Assembly: GCA_051294905.1 (NCBI GenBank)
Contig: CM119371.1
Coordinates: 17,796,001 to 17,860,000 of the forward strand
Source: Botryllus schlosseri
Taxonomy: Eukaryota
DNA length: 64,000 nucleotides
Reading direction: 5' to 3'
Positions 1-12,046 of the stretch are shown in pieces. Both the position numbers and the translations under genes were made by a program. The notes under the pieces were generated by a model that saw only the letters and a program-made list of their open reading frames with translations, made no database searches and was not told the origin of the DNA. Position 1 is the first letter of the stretch, and the number at the start of each line of letters is the position of its first letter.

Positions 1-1197
1 TGTCAGCCGAAATTATTCGGGGTCATTTGAATATGAATAAATAATATTCGATTGTAAGGCACATCTAATACGAATTGCTTTTGCCAAACGCCGATAAGAT
101 GAGGTACGATGATGACATGTGTCTTTATTACGTTGTAAATAAGAGCTAACGGACGCACGGAGATGGATTAGCGCGCAGGTTGAGGACGACGTAAAGTCTT
201 CGTACTAAAGCGGATTAGTACCGATTTAAAATATGATTAAATCCAAAGATATATCAACCTAGTGCAAGGAAGATAACGGTGGAAATATTGTGAAAAGTAG
301 GATTCGTGATGCTGGGGTATGCCGTATATATGAAATTGAACTTTGAAAATGTAACTGGTCTCAACATTTATAAAGAAATCAACGCGAAACAGTGTTCTAA
401 AATTTTTGTCTTCAATCTTTTGAGTGATGTGATACTATTCGAAATCGTGTTGATCTTTCATGCTAGATCAAGTGCTTCGGATTTCTGTCACGAAAAGGTA
501 ATACCAGATATATTATTAAATGATATTTTATCCCTTTCTAATCTATCAGATAATGCATCCGGACATATGTTTAGCGAATGTGAAGTAAGGTCGTAAAACC
601 TATCCGATCTGTTTGTCTGTCGCTCTTCCGTTAAGTTTCAGACGCAGGTCAGATTCGAAATTCGCGCCGCTAACGACACTTTGTCAGCATAATATCCGCG
701 AGTTTTTGTACATCTGAATAACTAACAGTAAACTTTCCAAAGGGCACTGAAGACGGGTAATAAGTCCGTGGAACAAGCTTCCTTCAGGAACTTGATTTGC
801 GCAAAAGCAGAGGGGAAATTATCTATTGTAAATATCGGCAATTCAAGATGCCAAGATTACAAGCAATATGATATATGGTATGGACGTGCGCCTTCACCAT
901 GATGCTAATTTATCAGCGATGGCTGTGGCTCAACGTGCTTGGTACTAGCGTTGGTAAGTCCGGATAAAATTTGAAATCCCAGGATCGGGTAGTATTCCCG
1001 GGATTCTTGGGGATAAGCGAAGTAGAAACATAGACATGCAAGCAACATATTGCAGTACTGACCAAAGTATAGGCTACTACAGCTGCACATGAACGTTCAC
1101 TATAGGGTTGTCCAAAATTCACAAAATGCTGTGTTGTAGAGGCTCGATATGTAGAATATAAATAAAAATAACATTGACCGCGCAGGAAGCTCACAGA

Positions 1198-1477
1198 AAG
1201 GTGGCGAGATAGCGCAGTGGTATAATCCGCGACTGCAACACTAATGGCTGCGGGTTAGAGTCCGACCGAGCTCGACTTCAGAATTCCGATACCTAAGTGT
1301 TGGAGGTTTACCTAGGCTCCTCCTCGCCGCGTATGCGGTGTCTTACAAAAAGTTTAGAGGTGGGCCGTGCTATAAGTAGGCAGTTACGCAAAATAATGAA
1401 GAATATCGGCCTGGTGTAAATGACCAATGACCATAGTAGTCGACAAACACCATGAATACCCCAAAACAAACATACAA
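1198..1477 (+). mobile_element. tRNA-derived SINE (tRNA-Cys-like head)
   Basis: Pol III A-box TAGCGCAGTGG (1210-1220) and B-box-like GGTTAGAGTCC (1253-1263), with a GCA anticodon-like loop between them. A non-tRNA body and A-rich tail (ccaaaacaaacatacaaaa) follow. Flanked by the direct repeat AAGCTCACAGA (1187-1197 and 1478-1488). Confidence 0.75.
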
Positions 1478-1916
1478 AAGCTCACAGAGAAGTGGTTCAC
1501 ACTAATTACGATCAGCTAGAGCCTGTAATAAAATGCATTGTTGCTGCCAGAGTGATTTTTTAATCATTGCATGTAATTTTGTTCTGTTATTTCTGTATTG
1601 GTTTGCAGCCCGTTCTTCTGATTGGACATCGGATATGTAACGTCAACATTGTTAATGGTGTCATCGAGTGTCCATAACACAGCATAGCAAGTTCGTGAGT
1701 TATCTTTTATAGTTGCAAATGTGTATCACAGGGTCTTTATATATTGCACAGATGCTACTGACCAATTTGGATTAAAATGTAGTAACATGCAAGCAGCATG
1801 CTACCATGAATCTTTCAGTTTTCCTTCACAAAAGGTTAGGCCAGAATTACCAGAGACCGGGTTAGAATCCTGGTATGCTGTGTCAATGAACTGCGTGATG
1901 GGAGATGGGTCCCAGT

Positions 1917-4635
1917 CAGACATGGGGTAATCGTGATTAGTAATCGTAATCGATTACGACGATTACAGCATTTCCAAGTAATCGTAATCGCAATCGATTA
2001 CATTCGAAAAAAATCCGAAGTAATCGTAATCGACTACTTCACATATCTAATCGATTTCTTTATGAAAGAACGATTACTTTTCATTTGTGCAATGCCCATG
2101 ACATAAACTGAACAGTGAACATTCGTGAACAATGAAGAGTGCGATTTAAAACAGGTTTTGGATAGCAGAAATGCCGGATTTTCAAACGCCTCTGCCAATT
2201 ATTGCGTCACAAGTATTGGTTCTTCATTGCGCAACGAATTATCCGCACATAGTACATAGATATTCGATATACATGTAGTACTGTGATTGTAAGAACACCC
2301 GCTATGCATTATGTCAGGTTATCAATACGCTGCAGACGCCACTACCTCGCAGCAGCATAATAATCACCACTATGCCTAGTTTCGAATAGTAACGTATGTA
2401 GGCCTACTATGTATTGATGTTTTGTTATGCTTTTAGGTAAACGCAGTTTGACCATTGCTGATTGGCGAGCGGTAGACCTATCTACGTATACACCGGGCAA
2501 AGATTTGAAATTTTTTACACGTCAAATTAAATATGACAACTTCTACATCGAAGCATTAAAAACCAACGGCTGCTGATAAAAAATGATAATGGAGCCGTTA
2601 TTCTCCGTTACTCGTATAACTCCTATAACGGCAGGATTGTAGGCAGAAGTATATGTTTACCTCATAATATTCTCATCCGGCCCTACTTGAATCGGGCAAT
2701 AATTTCTTTTTCGCAATTTTATACTCAACATTTGGATCTGCCACTATATCCATCCGCTTACACACCATGTTAGCGTGGATTGCAGCTAGAATCAGTACCG
2801 TAATCGTAATCGTAATCGCGTGATTCAGAAGTAATCGTAATCAGACATGGGGTGATTACTTCATGAATGTAATCGATTGCGATTACGATTACTTCTGAAT
2901 CACGCGATTACGATTACGATTACGATTATAGCAAAATCCGCAAGTAGTCGATTACGATTACGATCACTTTGGAAAAGTAATCACGATTACTCACGATTAC
3001 ATTTATTTTGGTTCTTAGAAGTTATCTTTGGAAGACAGCAATGCGATGAAAAGGTCTCATGAGAGAAGGTATTTCTTTTTAAATGAGATGTCATACCGTC
3101 ATTTCCTGTATATGACATAGTATACCATTGCATGATTTACAGAAATAGGCATTTCGGTGCCGGCCAATACCGCGCCGCGACACACCAAGACATGCCACCT
3201 TGGCCGAAACATTGTGTACTTTTCCATTGTCCATAGCCGCGCTGGATGGTTGCGTCGTACAGTATTCTCAATCTCAGCACCACAATAGAAATGCCACGTG
3301 GGTCACCCACTGAGGAAAATGTTGAACCCGTGTAGAAATGACAATTTATGAGTGCGACTCGCGAAAGTTTCTCCTTTAGTTTTCTTATCGTCTGCTACGT
3401 TAAGGCGACTCCAATATCTTTTTACTATATAGCAGAAAGGAGGTCATGAATCAACAACATACAATACAGTTATGGTTGTAAATTACGTGATTAAATATTC
3501 GTCTTGGCTCGACTTGACAGCAAATACACAGCGAATCCATATCGCATCAAATCGTGTTTTCCAGTTCTTGTGAAAAAGCCCGGTCGTTAAAGGGGGGTCT
3601 GGGGTACTTCGCCCGCCAGAAGTTTTATTGATCGTCTTATGGGGGGCCAAAGATCACCATTTTTGAGAAGGGGGGTGGCGAAATGCTATTTCGGTACTGA
3701 TTCTAGCTGCAATCCACGCTAACATGGTGTGTAAGCGGATGGATATAGTGGCAGATCCAAATGTTGAGTATAAAATTGCGAAAAAGATATTGTTGCCCGA
3801 TTCAAGTAGGGCCGGATGAGAATATTATGAGGTAAACATATAGGCCTACTTCTGCCTACAATCCTGCCGTTATAGGAGTTATGCGAGTAACGGAGAATAT
3901 CGGCTCAATTATGAATTTTTATCAGCAGTCGTTGGTTTTTAATGCTTCGATGTAGAAGTTGTCATATTTAATTTGACGTGTAAAACATTTCAAATCTTTG
4001 CCCGGTGTATACGTAGATAGGTCTACCGCTCGCCGATCAGCAATGGTCAAACTGCGTTTACCTAAAAGCATAACAAAACATCAATACATAGTAGGCCTAC
4101 ATACGTTACTATTCGAAACTAGGCATAGTGGTGATTATCATGCCGCTGCGAGGTAGTGGCGTCTGCAGCGTATTGATAACCCGACATAATGCATAGCGGG
4201 TGTTCTTACAATCACAGTACTACATGTATATCGAATATCTATGTACTATGTGCGGATAATTCGTTGCGCAATGAAGAACCAATACTTGTGACGCAATAAT
4301 TGGCAGAGGCGTTTGACAATCCGGCATTTCTGCTATCCAAAACCTGTTTTAAATCGCACTCTTCATTGTTCACGAATGTTCACTGTTCAGTTTATGTCAT
4401 GGGCATTGCACAAATGAAAAGTAATCGTTCTTTCATAAAGAAATCGATTAGATATGTGAAGTAGTCGATTACGATTACGATTACTTCGGATTTTTTTCGA
4501 ATGTAATCGATTGCGATTACGATTACTTGGAAATGCTGTAATCGTCGTAATCGATTACGATTACTAATCACGATTACCCCATGTCTGATCGTAATCGCAA
4601 TCGATTACATTCATGAAGAAATCACCCCACGTCTG
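1917..4635 (+). mobile_element. Non-autonomous hAT element (outer copy) with (GATTAC)n subterminal repeats
   Basis: Termini CAGACATGGGGT.. / ..ATCACCCCACGTCTG. Perfect 8-bp TSD GTCCCAGT at 1909-1916 and 4636-4643. Confidence 0.88.
2842..4587 (-). mobile_element. Second copy of the same hAT family, inserted inverted inside the first
   Basis: Termini CAGACATGGGGTGAT (2842) / ATTACCCCATGTCTG (4587). 8-bp TSD ATCGTAAT at 2834-2841 and 4588-4595. 3692-4587 is the near-identical reverse complement of 1917-2800. Confidence 0.88.
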
Positions 4636-5725
4636 GTCCCAGTGTGTTACGGTATGTGCCAATCTGGTCAAATTTATAAAATTCCTGAGGCAATTCACCA
4701 AGTAAGCCGCATGAGTCGCGACTTTCAGGCTACGAATTGCATCTAATTTACCAAAATTAGAATAATTGGATATTTGTTTGTCCCATGCTAGCCACGAGAA
4801 AAGGGATGGCTTCTCGCGGAAGATTGGCAGTTTGGAATCATTTGATCACGAATTATTTGATAATATTCCTGACTTCTAACCTATATACTCTTCATAGGTA
4901 GCCTACGAATCACAACAGGTATATAGCTGAGTTATTACAGTTGTCCGTGCCAGTGAAGGATATTGACTACTTCATTAGTGTTTCATAGTAGGTATTGTTA
5001 TTATCACAGTGTTCCAAACAATCAGCTGTTTCCGTAAAGTTGATTAGAAACGATGGAAAACGGTACAGCGCTGCATCGGCTTTTGTATATGTTTTGTAGT
5101 GATTCATTGATCATAATAGGATTCATCCCGAGATCGGAATTTTCAAGGGTCCCAACGGTAGGCATACAAAAATGAATGTGGGTCTATAACTCCGCTCGAA
5201 TAAGCATGCAGTGTATACACACTATGTATTGCACAGCTCCGTGGTAAAACACTTTCAGAGTGGTCATTTCAAAATCAACTCCTATGAAGGACCGCACTTC
5301 CAAATTGGTAACGTCAAGTGTAATTTCCCAGGTTGTAATTTTTCGCGCAGACACAGCGAGAGCTGCTTATATTGCTTCGTATATCGGAGGACTGAGAACA
5401 AAATGCATTACATCCTGCTTTGTAATGAACTAGTTCACAAGCTGTCGGTTGTCAATGTCCGGTAGAAGAGTTTTAGTCCTACTTGGCTCAGTCGTTTATT
5501 CGGGGAATCAGAAAACCTCAGTATAACAAAAGAGGCGTCTATTTTAATATTGCTAGTGCAGAGAAAATCAAGGGATGATAATAGTTCCAATTCACGATAT
5601 GATTTCAGATTAGCCTGTATGTATAGATCAGTTACACTTTCTTCCTCGCAGACTATTACTAATTTTACATAACTTAAAGATCGCGATCCCGAAACATAAT
5701 GAACAAGCGATTCTCATTTCTCAAG

Positions 5726-8300
5726 ATTCTACTCACTGGATGCGTTGGATGTCTGCTTAATTTGCACCAGAATACCGCTGGCAAGTTGCGAACCTTTTCC
5801 GACCTGTTCAAATTGTAAACGAATGTTTTATTGCGCAGAATCAGCTTCGACACAAAGTCATACACAACCATCCTCTCGCCTGTGCGATGGTAACAGCGTG
5901 GAGCACGGGAGCGATTGTGGGATGGATAACATATTTGAAGACCAGGGTGGCGATCCCGCATATTGCGTTTCCAGTTCAAGGCGACTACCTATGAGACTCG
6001 TGTGTAACGGCAAATTCAACTGCAGAGACCTCTCCGATGAATATCTTTGCGCGTTCACTTATCAGGAATCCAGCGGAAGAATGCCAATAGACGATGAACC
6101 AAACATATCCACATCATTAAACGGACCAACGGGATCAACTACCAAAACACTACGGTCAACAACGCGAAACGTGCGCTTGATCTTGCAGTTTTTCAACAAG
6201 CCAGAGAATGCATTTGATTTGATAAGAAGAGCGTGCGTGCCCGGACTGAATGACAAGGTAACGCTAACCGACGGTCGGCAAAGTCTCCCTTGTGACATGT
6301 GTAAACCGAATGAGATACTTTGCTCTTCGTCAATCGCACATTTGGACGAAGAATCGGTAAATTCATCCACCAAGTATCAAACGTGCGTGAGGCCAGCGCA
6401 GGTCTGTGATGGCGTTCAGCAATGCCGCGATGGCGACGATGAGAGGTATTGCGAAATATGGACTGTGGACATGGCGAACCGTAAACTTAGCGAGCAGAAA
6501 GTTAATCACTCTGTACTGCCACTCACGTGTGAAGTGTTAAGAGTTGGGATTAATACGGTCATCGACGCGGCAAGAATACGACACGACGAAACCGCAACCG
6601 ACACAGGTCCCCTTATCAATGATTATGAGTCAGAGAGATACCGAGACAAACCACTTCCCCGTCAATTCCACGGAGTATCCCCGACTCTGATTTCATCGAA
6701 GTCCGTTCAATATTTACGCGAAAGATCCAGTAACGCTTCGCTGATTTTAACCATGATTTGCGACGGAAAATTCGACTGCCCCGGTGGGATTGATGAAATG
6801 GTATGTTCGAACCGGTTTTACTGTCAGTCGGGGTATCCTCTTTACGTGGAAACGTCTGTTATGTCCAACGGTGTCAACGACTGCATCGACGGAAGTGACG
6901 AATGGTTTATGGAGAATAACCGGAAGTGGTCTTTTGCCTCTAAGGATAGAATGGTAAAAGATTGGTACGTGGTTGCGATCATGTTGACAGTTGGGATATT
7001 AGCAATATTCGGAAACGGAATCGTAATCCTCAAATCGCTTCCTCTATTACTAAATCTATGCGACATTCATCTTGGACGTAAATTCCGGGTGCTAGTATGT
7101 CTCACTTCAATTAGGAAAGGTCGGCTGGAGGAGAATGCAAACAGTAGTAGGAAAAAAGATATGTCGCATAAATTTCAAACGAGACTTATTCCAACAGGAC
7201 GGAAGAAGGGCGTTCGCATTTGGAATAGTGTGTTTATCCTCAATCTGGCGATGGCCGACCTTCTATTGGGTATTTACCTGGGGATTCTTGGGGTTGTGTC
7301 CTTGACAAATGCATCAAACTATTGGGAATATGACGTGGTGTGGAGAACGGGATTTCTATGTCAATCGCTTGGTGTTACTGTGGTTTTATCAAGTCAAGCA
7401 TCAGTGCTGACCTTGGTATGCTTGACCACCCTTCGTCTTGGTACCGTTATCAAGCCGTTCGGACTGAGAATTTTGAAGAGATTGAAGATTCTGTCAGTGC
7501 TATGCATCAGTATATGGGTCGTCTCATTCGCAATAGCAGCGTTACCGATTTTACCAACCACGAAGCATTTCTACACCACGGAAGCGTGGGTACCATTCCC
7601 ACATCTTCGCCCTTCTGTGATTAATCAAACTGAAGTGAACCAAATTTTGTCTCGGTCCATTGCCTTCTCCCAAAATGCTACTGAACCTATTCGCTCTGAA
7701 CACGAATTGTCTTGGTATGAGTTGGAAACGTTATCACTTAGCTTATTCCCTTTGTACTCGGAATGGAGATTCTTCGGGTTTTACAGCGCACACAGTGTTT
7801 GCCTTCCGAAACTCTTTGTGTCGATAGGGGATGCAGCCTGGGAGCACACCGTCGTAGTTTTATCGCTAAACCTGGCTGCCTTTGTTTATATACTTTTGGC
7901 ATACCTCATGATATATCGACTGTCGACGAAAAGTACCATTATTAAGCGGAACTGTTCTGAAGTTTATGTTACGGACAACGGAATACCAACTGAAAGCGTA
8001 AAACGATTACCTCGTTCACATGCTCGAAATCCCAATGAGACTGAGCGCAAAACACCGTCCAGGAGATATTCCATACCACGAAAAATGCAATTTCGTATTT
8101 TTGTCTTGGTTGCCACCGACTTTGTATGTTGGGTTCCTATATGTATTCTCGGCGTTATGCATTTGCTGAGCTTCGACATTTCAAATACTGCGTACGTTGT
8201 GTCCGCTGTTGGATTGCTACCTATCAACAGCGCTTTGAATCCTATGCTTTATTCCAATTGTCTGTGCATATTCCCAAAACTATTTTTTCGCCGGAAGTAA
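5726..8300 (+). CDS. LDL-receptor class A repeat-containing rhodopsin-family GPCR (GRL101/RXFP-related 7TM); large terminal coding exon, 5' exons not resolved
   Basis: 851-aa ORF. LDLa-type motifs CNGKFNCRDLSDEYLC, CDGVQQCRDGDDERYC, CDGKFDCPGGIDEMVC and NGVNDCIDGSDE. 7TM motifs GN (TM1), NLAMAD (TM2), C-x-P in ECL2, TDFVCWVP (TM6), PINSALNPMLY (TM7). The ORF-track start is TTG and there is an in-frame TGA at 5700, so a splice acceptor (ttctcatttctcaag, ending 5725) is inferred. Confidence 0.9.
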
Positions 8301-9049
8301 AAAATCCGTCAAGCCTCATCCTCCCAGTGTGGAAAAGACCAGAGTCACCACGCAAAAATGACTTGACTTACGTTTTAGAAATGTGAACTGACTCGTGTGA
8401 AATTTCCGAGTCAATTTCATGTTATCGAGTCATCGCTGTTGGCTGAATCGCAGTACTTGTACGTAGTTATGGGTCTACATTCTTTCCGCACGCTGGGTTG
8501 AGCTGTGGAACCAATTGTTGTGCACTTGTGCAGCCACGTTTTACTGAACCAACATTGTTTTGTCGTTAATAAATTGAACGTAAACAATGTGATTAGATCA
8601 TCAGATCTGAGACGTAGACCAGCCGACTGCGGCTAGACCGCTTGTCACTTGACAAATGTACGAAGTTGCGATTCGAATGGTGTAATAGTCAGTAAACTGT
8701 ACAGTACACACGAAGCGAGCAAATAATTTCCCCGAATTGCTCCAGTCCAGTTTTTCCACATGCTATAGGATCATGCTGAAAGTTAGGCTGTTGTTGTTGT
8801 TTATTTTACAAGATTATTTGGGAATGATCGCCTGACGGCCTTAAGGTACAACAATGCATACTTAAGATTCCGTTTCTTCATTGTAGGCCTACAACGATTA
8901 CTACATCCCTGAATTTACCAACTATATCCCGTTTTTATGCCGTAGCATTTGGCCAAGATGCAACAATACAATGCGCTCATGCTGTATCTGTGCAAAACAG
9001 ACGAAGACCTTGCAGAAGGCTACTGTGTTATGATAATTAGTATTGGCCT

Positions 9050-9376
9050 TATGGTTGCATTTAAAACAAACGGTGTTTTAAAGAAAGGTATGTTTGAGAA
9101 AAAATTGCGTTTTTTCAAGTTGTAAAATTATGGCATAATTGTGTAAATACTTTCCAAAAAACATCTTGTATGAGAAATTATCACCTAATATACCCGACGT
9201 ATATGGATATGGGATGGTTGATATTTTCAATTGTCAATGTAAATCCACTTTGACGTCACAATTGAATATTCGTGACGTCATGGCGTAACAAAAAACATTA
9301 AAAAACATGTTTTAAATTAAGGCCTTGTTTTAAACATGTTTGTTTTAAATTGATTTTTGTTTCAATTGCAACCCTA
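9050..9376. mobile_element. MITE with TAGGGTTGCA-type TIRs
   Basis: Starts TATGGTTGCATTTAAAACAAA and ends TTTCAATTGCAACCCTA. A homologous copy lies at 16171-16580. Confidence 0.65.
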
Positions 9377-10214
9377 ATTGGCCTACGCAGCATATGCACT
9401 AGGATTGTTAAGATTTTAAAAATTATCAGGAGACTGCGATTTGAACTTTCGAATGCTGGTTTAGTACGTGAAATCAAACCGTAAAAGGGTGCCGTGGTGC
9501 CGGTTGATCTATTCTAAAAAAGCACAATATTTGTGCATCTTAAAGCTCCTTAAAGCTACACCCAGAACCAGAACGTGGAAATCGGCACATCTTTTACTCC
9601 GGTTGTTGGTTTGAGTTTCGAGATGACCGCGGGGTGGCGGTATTTGCTTGTAAATCACGCACTGCTTGCATGGGTACACTCGTACATCTCCCGCACACGC
9701 TATCCGGTGAATTGCATTTCCTTCCGCTTTCTGTGAAGCAGGATACTTTTTTCAATAAATTATTTGACGCAGAGATTCGGATACTATTTATTAGGGGGAT
9801 AACACCTTGACTGATGATCGGACTATTACCTTAATTTTAGATCTTCATGGTTCTCGCAAACATTTTTAACTACCATAAAACTTGTTTATGGTAATCCAGT
9901 ACGTTCATGGAGATCCATGTCGAAAAGCCCTGATTCAATAATGCAATGAGCACACAGTTTTCCACTTTTGGTACATCAGTCAACGACGATGTTAAACGTA
10001 GGACGTAACAACATGAAGTTCAAGCTGGTGTTCCATATAGGCCTGCGTGAACCATCTAAATTTCAATTTTCTGTCACAATAGCTTTGCTAGGTTTTTCAA
10101 ATGCCGACATGCGAAATACATACAGCATTTGTTATGCCAGCATCAACAATCATTCTCACCCGACATCGCCAACGCATCATTCGGACAGCATGAAGACAAA
10201 TTCGTCATATTTGG

Positions 10215-10805
10215 ACATGTACTATCATCATCGTCATTGGTTTACAAGACACCACAAAATTGCGATACACTGAAAAGATAGGAAGGTGTCGACGCGACTT
10301 GGAGTAGCCTATGGAATCAGACACCCACCCTGGCCTAGGTGATGTCAAGAGGAGGCATGCACACTTAATGAAAAGTAGAAGAAGATAGTATAGAAAAAAG
10401 CAAGCGACAAAAATCGGGTGGCATGTTATGGTAGGCGAGATCTATAGGTCAGGTCGTGGTCCGGTATTATTGAGGATGGAGTAGTATTTATTTAGTAGTA
10501 ATTGCTTGTATTTCGACGTGAATGTGGTCATGCTTGTCGACTGTCGGATGACTGGCGGGATACTGTTCCCCTCGTCAGGTCCGGCATACTTGATAGAGCG
10601 ATGGTCCTTTCAGTGGATCATATGATATTTGGATGACGTGGACGTGCGTGTGTAGTACTTGTCCGCTTTGGATTCCGAGGTAAAGAAGTCATTGAAATAT
10701 TGGGGCCAATGACCGCATTGGAAATGATACATAAACTTGGCGATTTCTAGTTTCCACATATCTTCTATATTTGGTACAGCGAATCTCTTCAACAGCGACT
10801 TGTTG
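10215..10805 (-). mobile_element. 3' fragment of a CR1/L2-clade LINE (ORF2 C-terminus plus 3'UTR)
   Basis: Minus-strand translation KLEIAKFMY..YYTR..RSIKYAGP..NSIPPVIRQSTS..F.SKYKQ resembles CR1/L2 ORF2 C-termini. It ends in an (ATG)n-like tail. Homologous to 34690-34931 + 48022-48378 and to 63590-63740. Confidence 0.75.
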
Positions 10806-10997
10806 GATGAACAACCATGACTCGAGTCAAGTTGAGTCACCAAAAATAGCGACTCGAGTATGATTCGTGTCAATACTACCCATACGGGGATGAATGCAAG
10901 AGTCAGCTACATCGTTGCTGTGCGCTTTCGATTTGAATATTCCTCCATCCTGTGCAAGCAATCACAATGTAAACTCCAAGTTTAACACCATCTAATC

Positions 10998-12046
10998 CAG
11001 GGGTGGGCAAACTTTTGAGCTCGCGGGCCGCATTCAACATCTAAATCCATTCGCGGGCCGCAGTTTATAAAATTGGGATTATAAACCAAAACGCAATATT
11101 GGTATTGGATAATATAGTGAGGACATGGAGATAATATATGAGCTTATTTAAAACAAACCAAACAATGCTTTGATGATATCGTACTCGCGTCAGAAACATA
11201 GTGGCGAGATTTCATCGGCTGGTCGACCTCAATTACCAATTTGTCAAAACTATAGAGCTGAAAGTCGGTTGTCCCGATTCTTAGAACCGGATTGAAATTT
11301 AAATCTGTGAGCAGCGATCTGATGCTGACAGCATCATAATCATGCTAGCCTCAAACACACTTCTACTATGTGTAGATAAAATATAAATACACCAATTCTA
11401 CGCATACCGAGGACGAATCTGCCTAAGACACGCGCGAATCATTTTTTATAAGCACATCACTGAGATAATTAAAGCTGGGGTGGCCATTCTGAAATCACAC
11501 TCGTGATCCGAATTATGTCAATCTCGTTTAGGATTTCTGTGATGTTTAGCAGTTGAAACCTTTCAAACTACGTGGGCCTTGAGAACGGGCTGTCGCGCCA
11601 GAAATTAAACATAAAACTTTTTATAGGAAGTATTTACCTTAGAACAGTGGTTCCCCAACTTTTTAAGTCATACGCCCTACCCCTTTATGATGATGAAACG
11701 CAACCAGGATGATAGCAGACCTAACGGTTAATCTGCTGGCATCGAAGGTGACGACTGTTGATGAGAGATTTTTAACTATGAAATTGAGAGTCAATACAGA
11801 GCAATAATTATGTAGTGAGTCACAATCGCGCGGAGCGCGAAATTTGTTTTCAGTTGAGCTCAGCTTCGCGCCCCCTTCAGATGCCTTCACACCCGCACGG
11901 GGGGCGTGCACCCCAGTTTGGGAACCATTGTCTTAAAATTATCATGGTGAAATATACTAAGAAAAAGTTTTTTTGACTCTCGCGGGCCGGACAGAACGGT
12001 GTTGCGGGCCGCATGCGGCCTGCGGGCCGTAGTTTGCCCATTCCTG
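10998..12046 (+). mobile_element. Non-autonomous hAT element
   Basis: TIR CAGGGGTGGGCAAACT / AGTTTGCCCATTCCTG with GCGGGCCG subterminal motifs. Perfect TSD ATCTAATC (10990-10997, 12047-12054). Related fragments lie near 13620-13920 and 23999-24243. Confidence 0.88.
11645..11930. mobile_element. hAT MITE nested in the element above
   Basis: TIR CAGTGGTTCCCCAACT / AGTTTGGGAACCATTG. TSD CCTTAGAA / TCTTAAAA (6/8 match). Confidence 0.75.

Noticed and set aside
1201..1275. Functional tRNA-Cys gene
   Set aside because: B-box altered (GGTTAGA), acceptor stem does not pair well, and it is followed by a SINE-like body, tail and TSD.
5674..8386. Antisense and alternate-frame ORFs overlapping the GPCR exon
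   Set aside because: Shadow ORFs of a long coding exon with no independent support.
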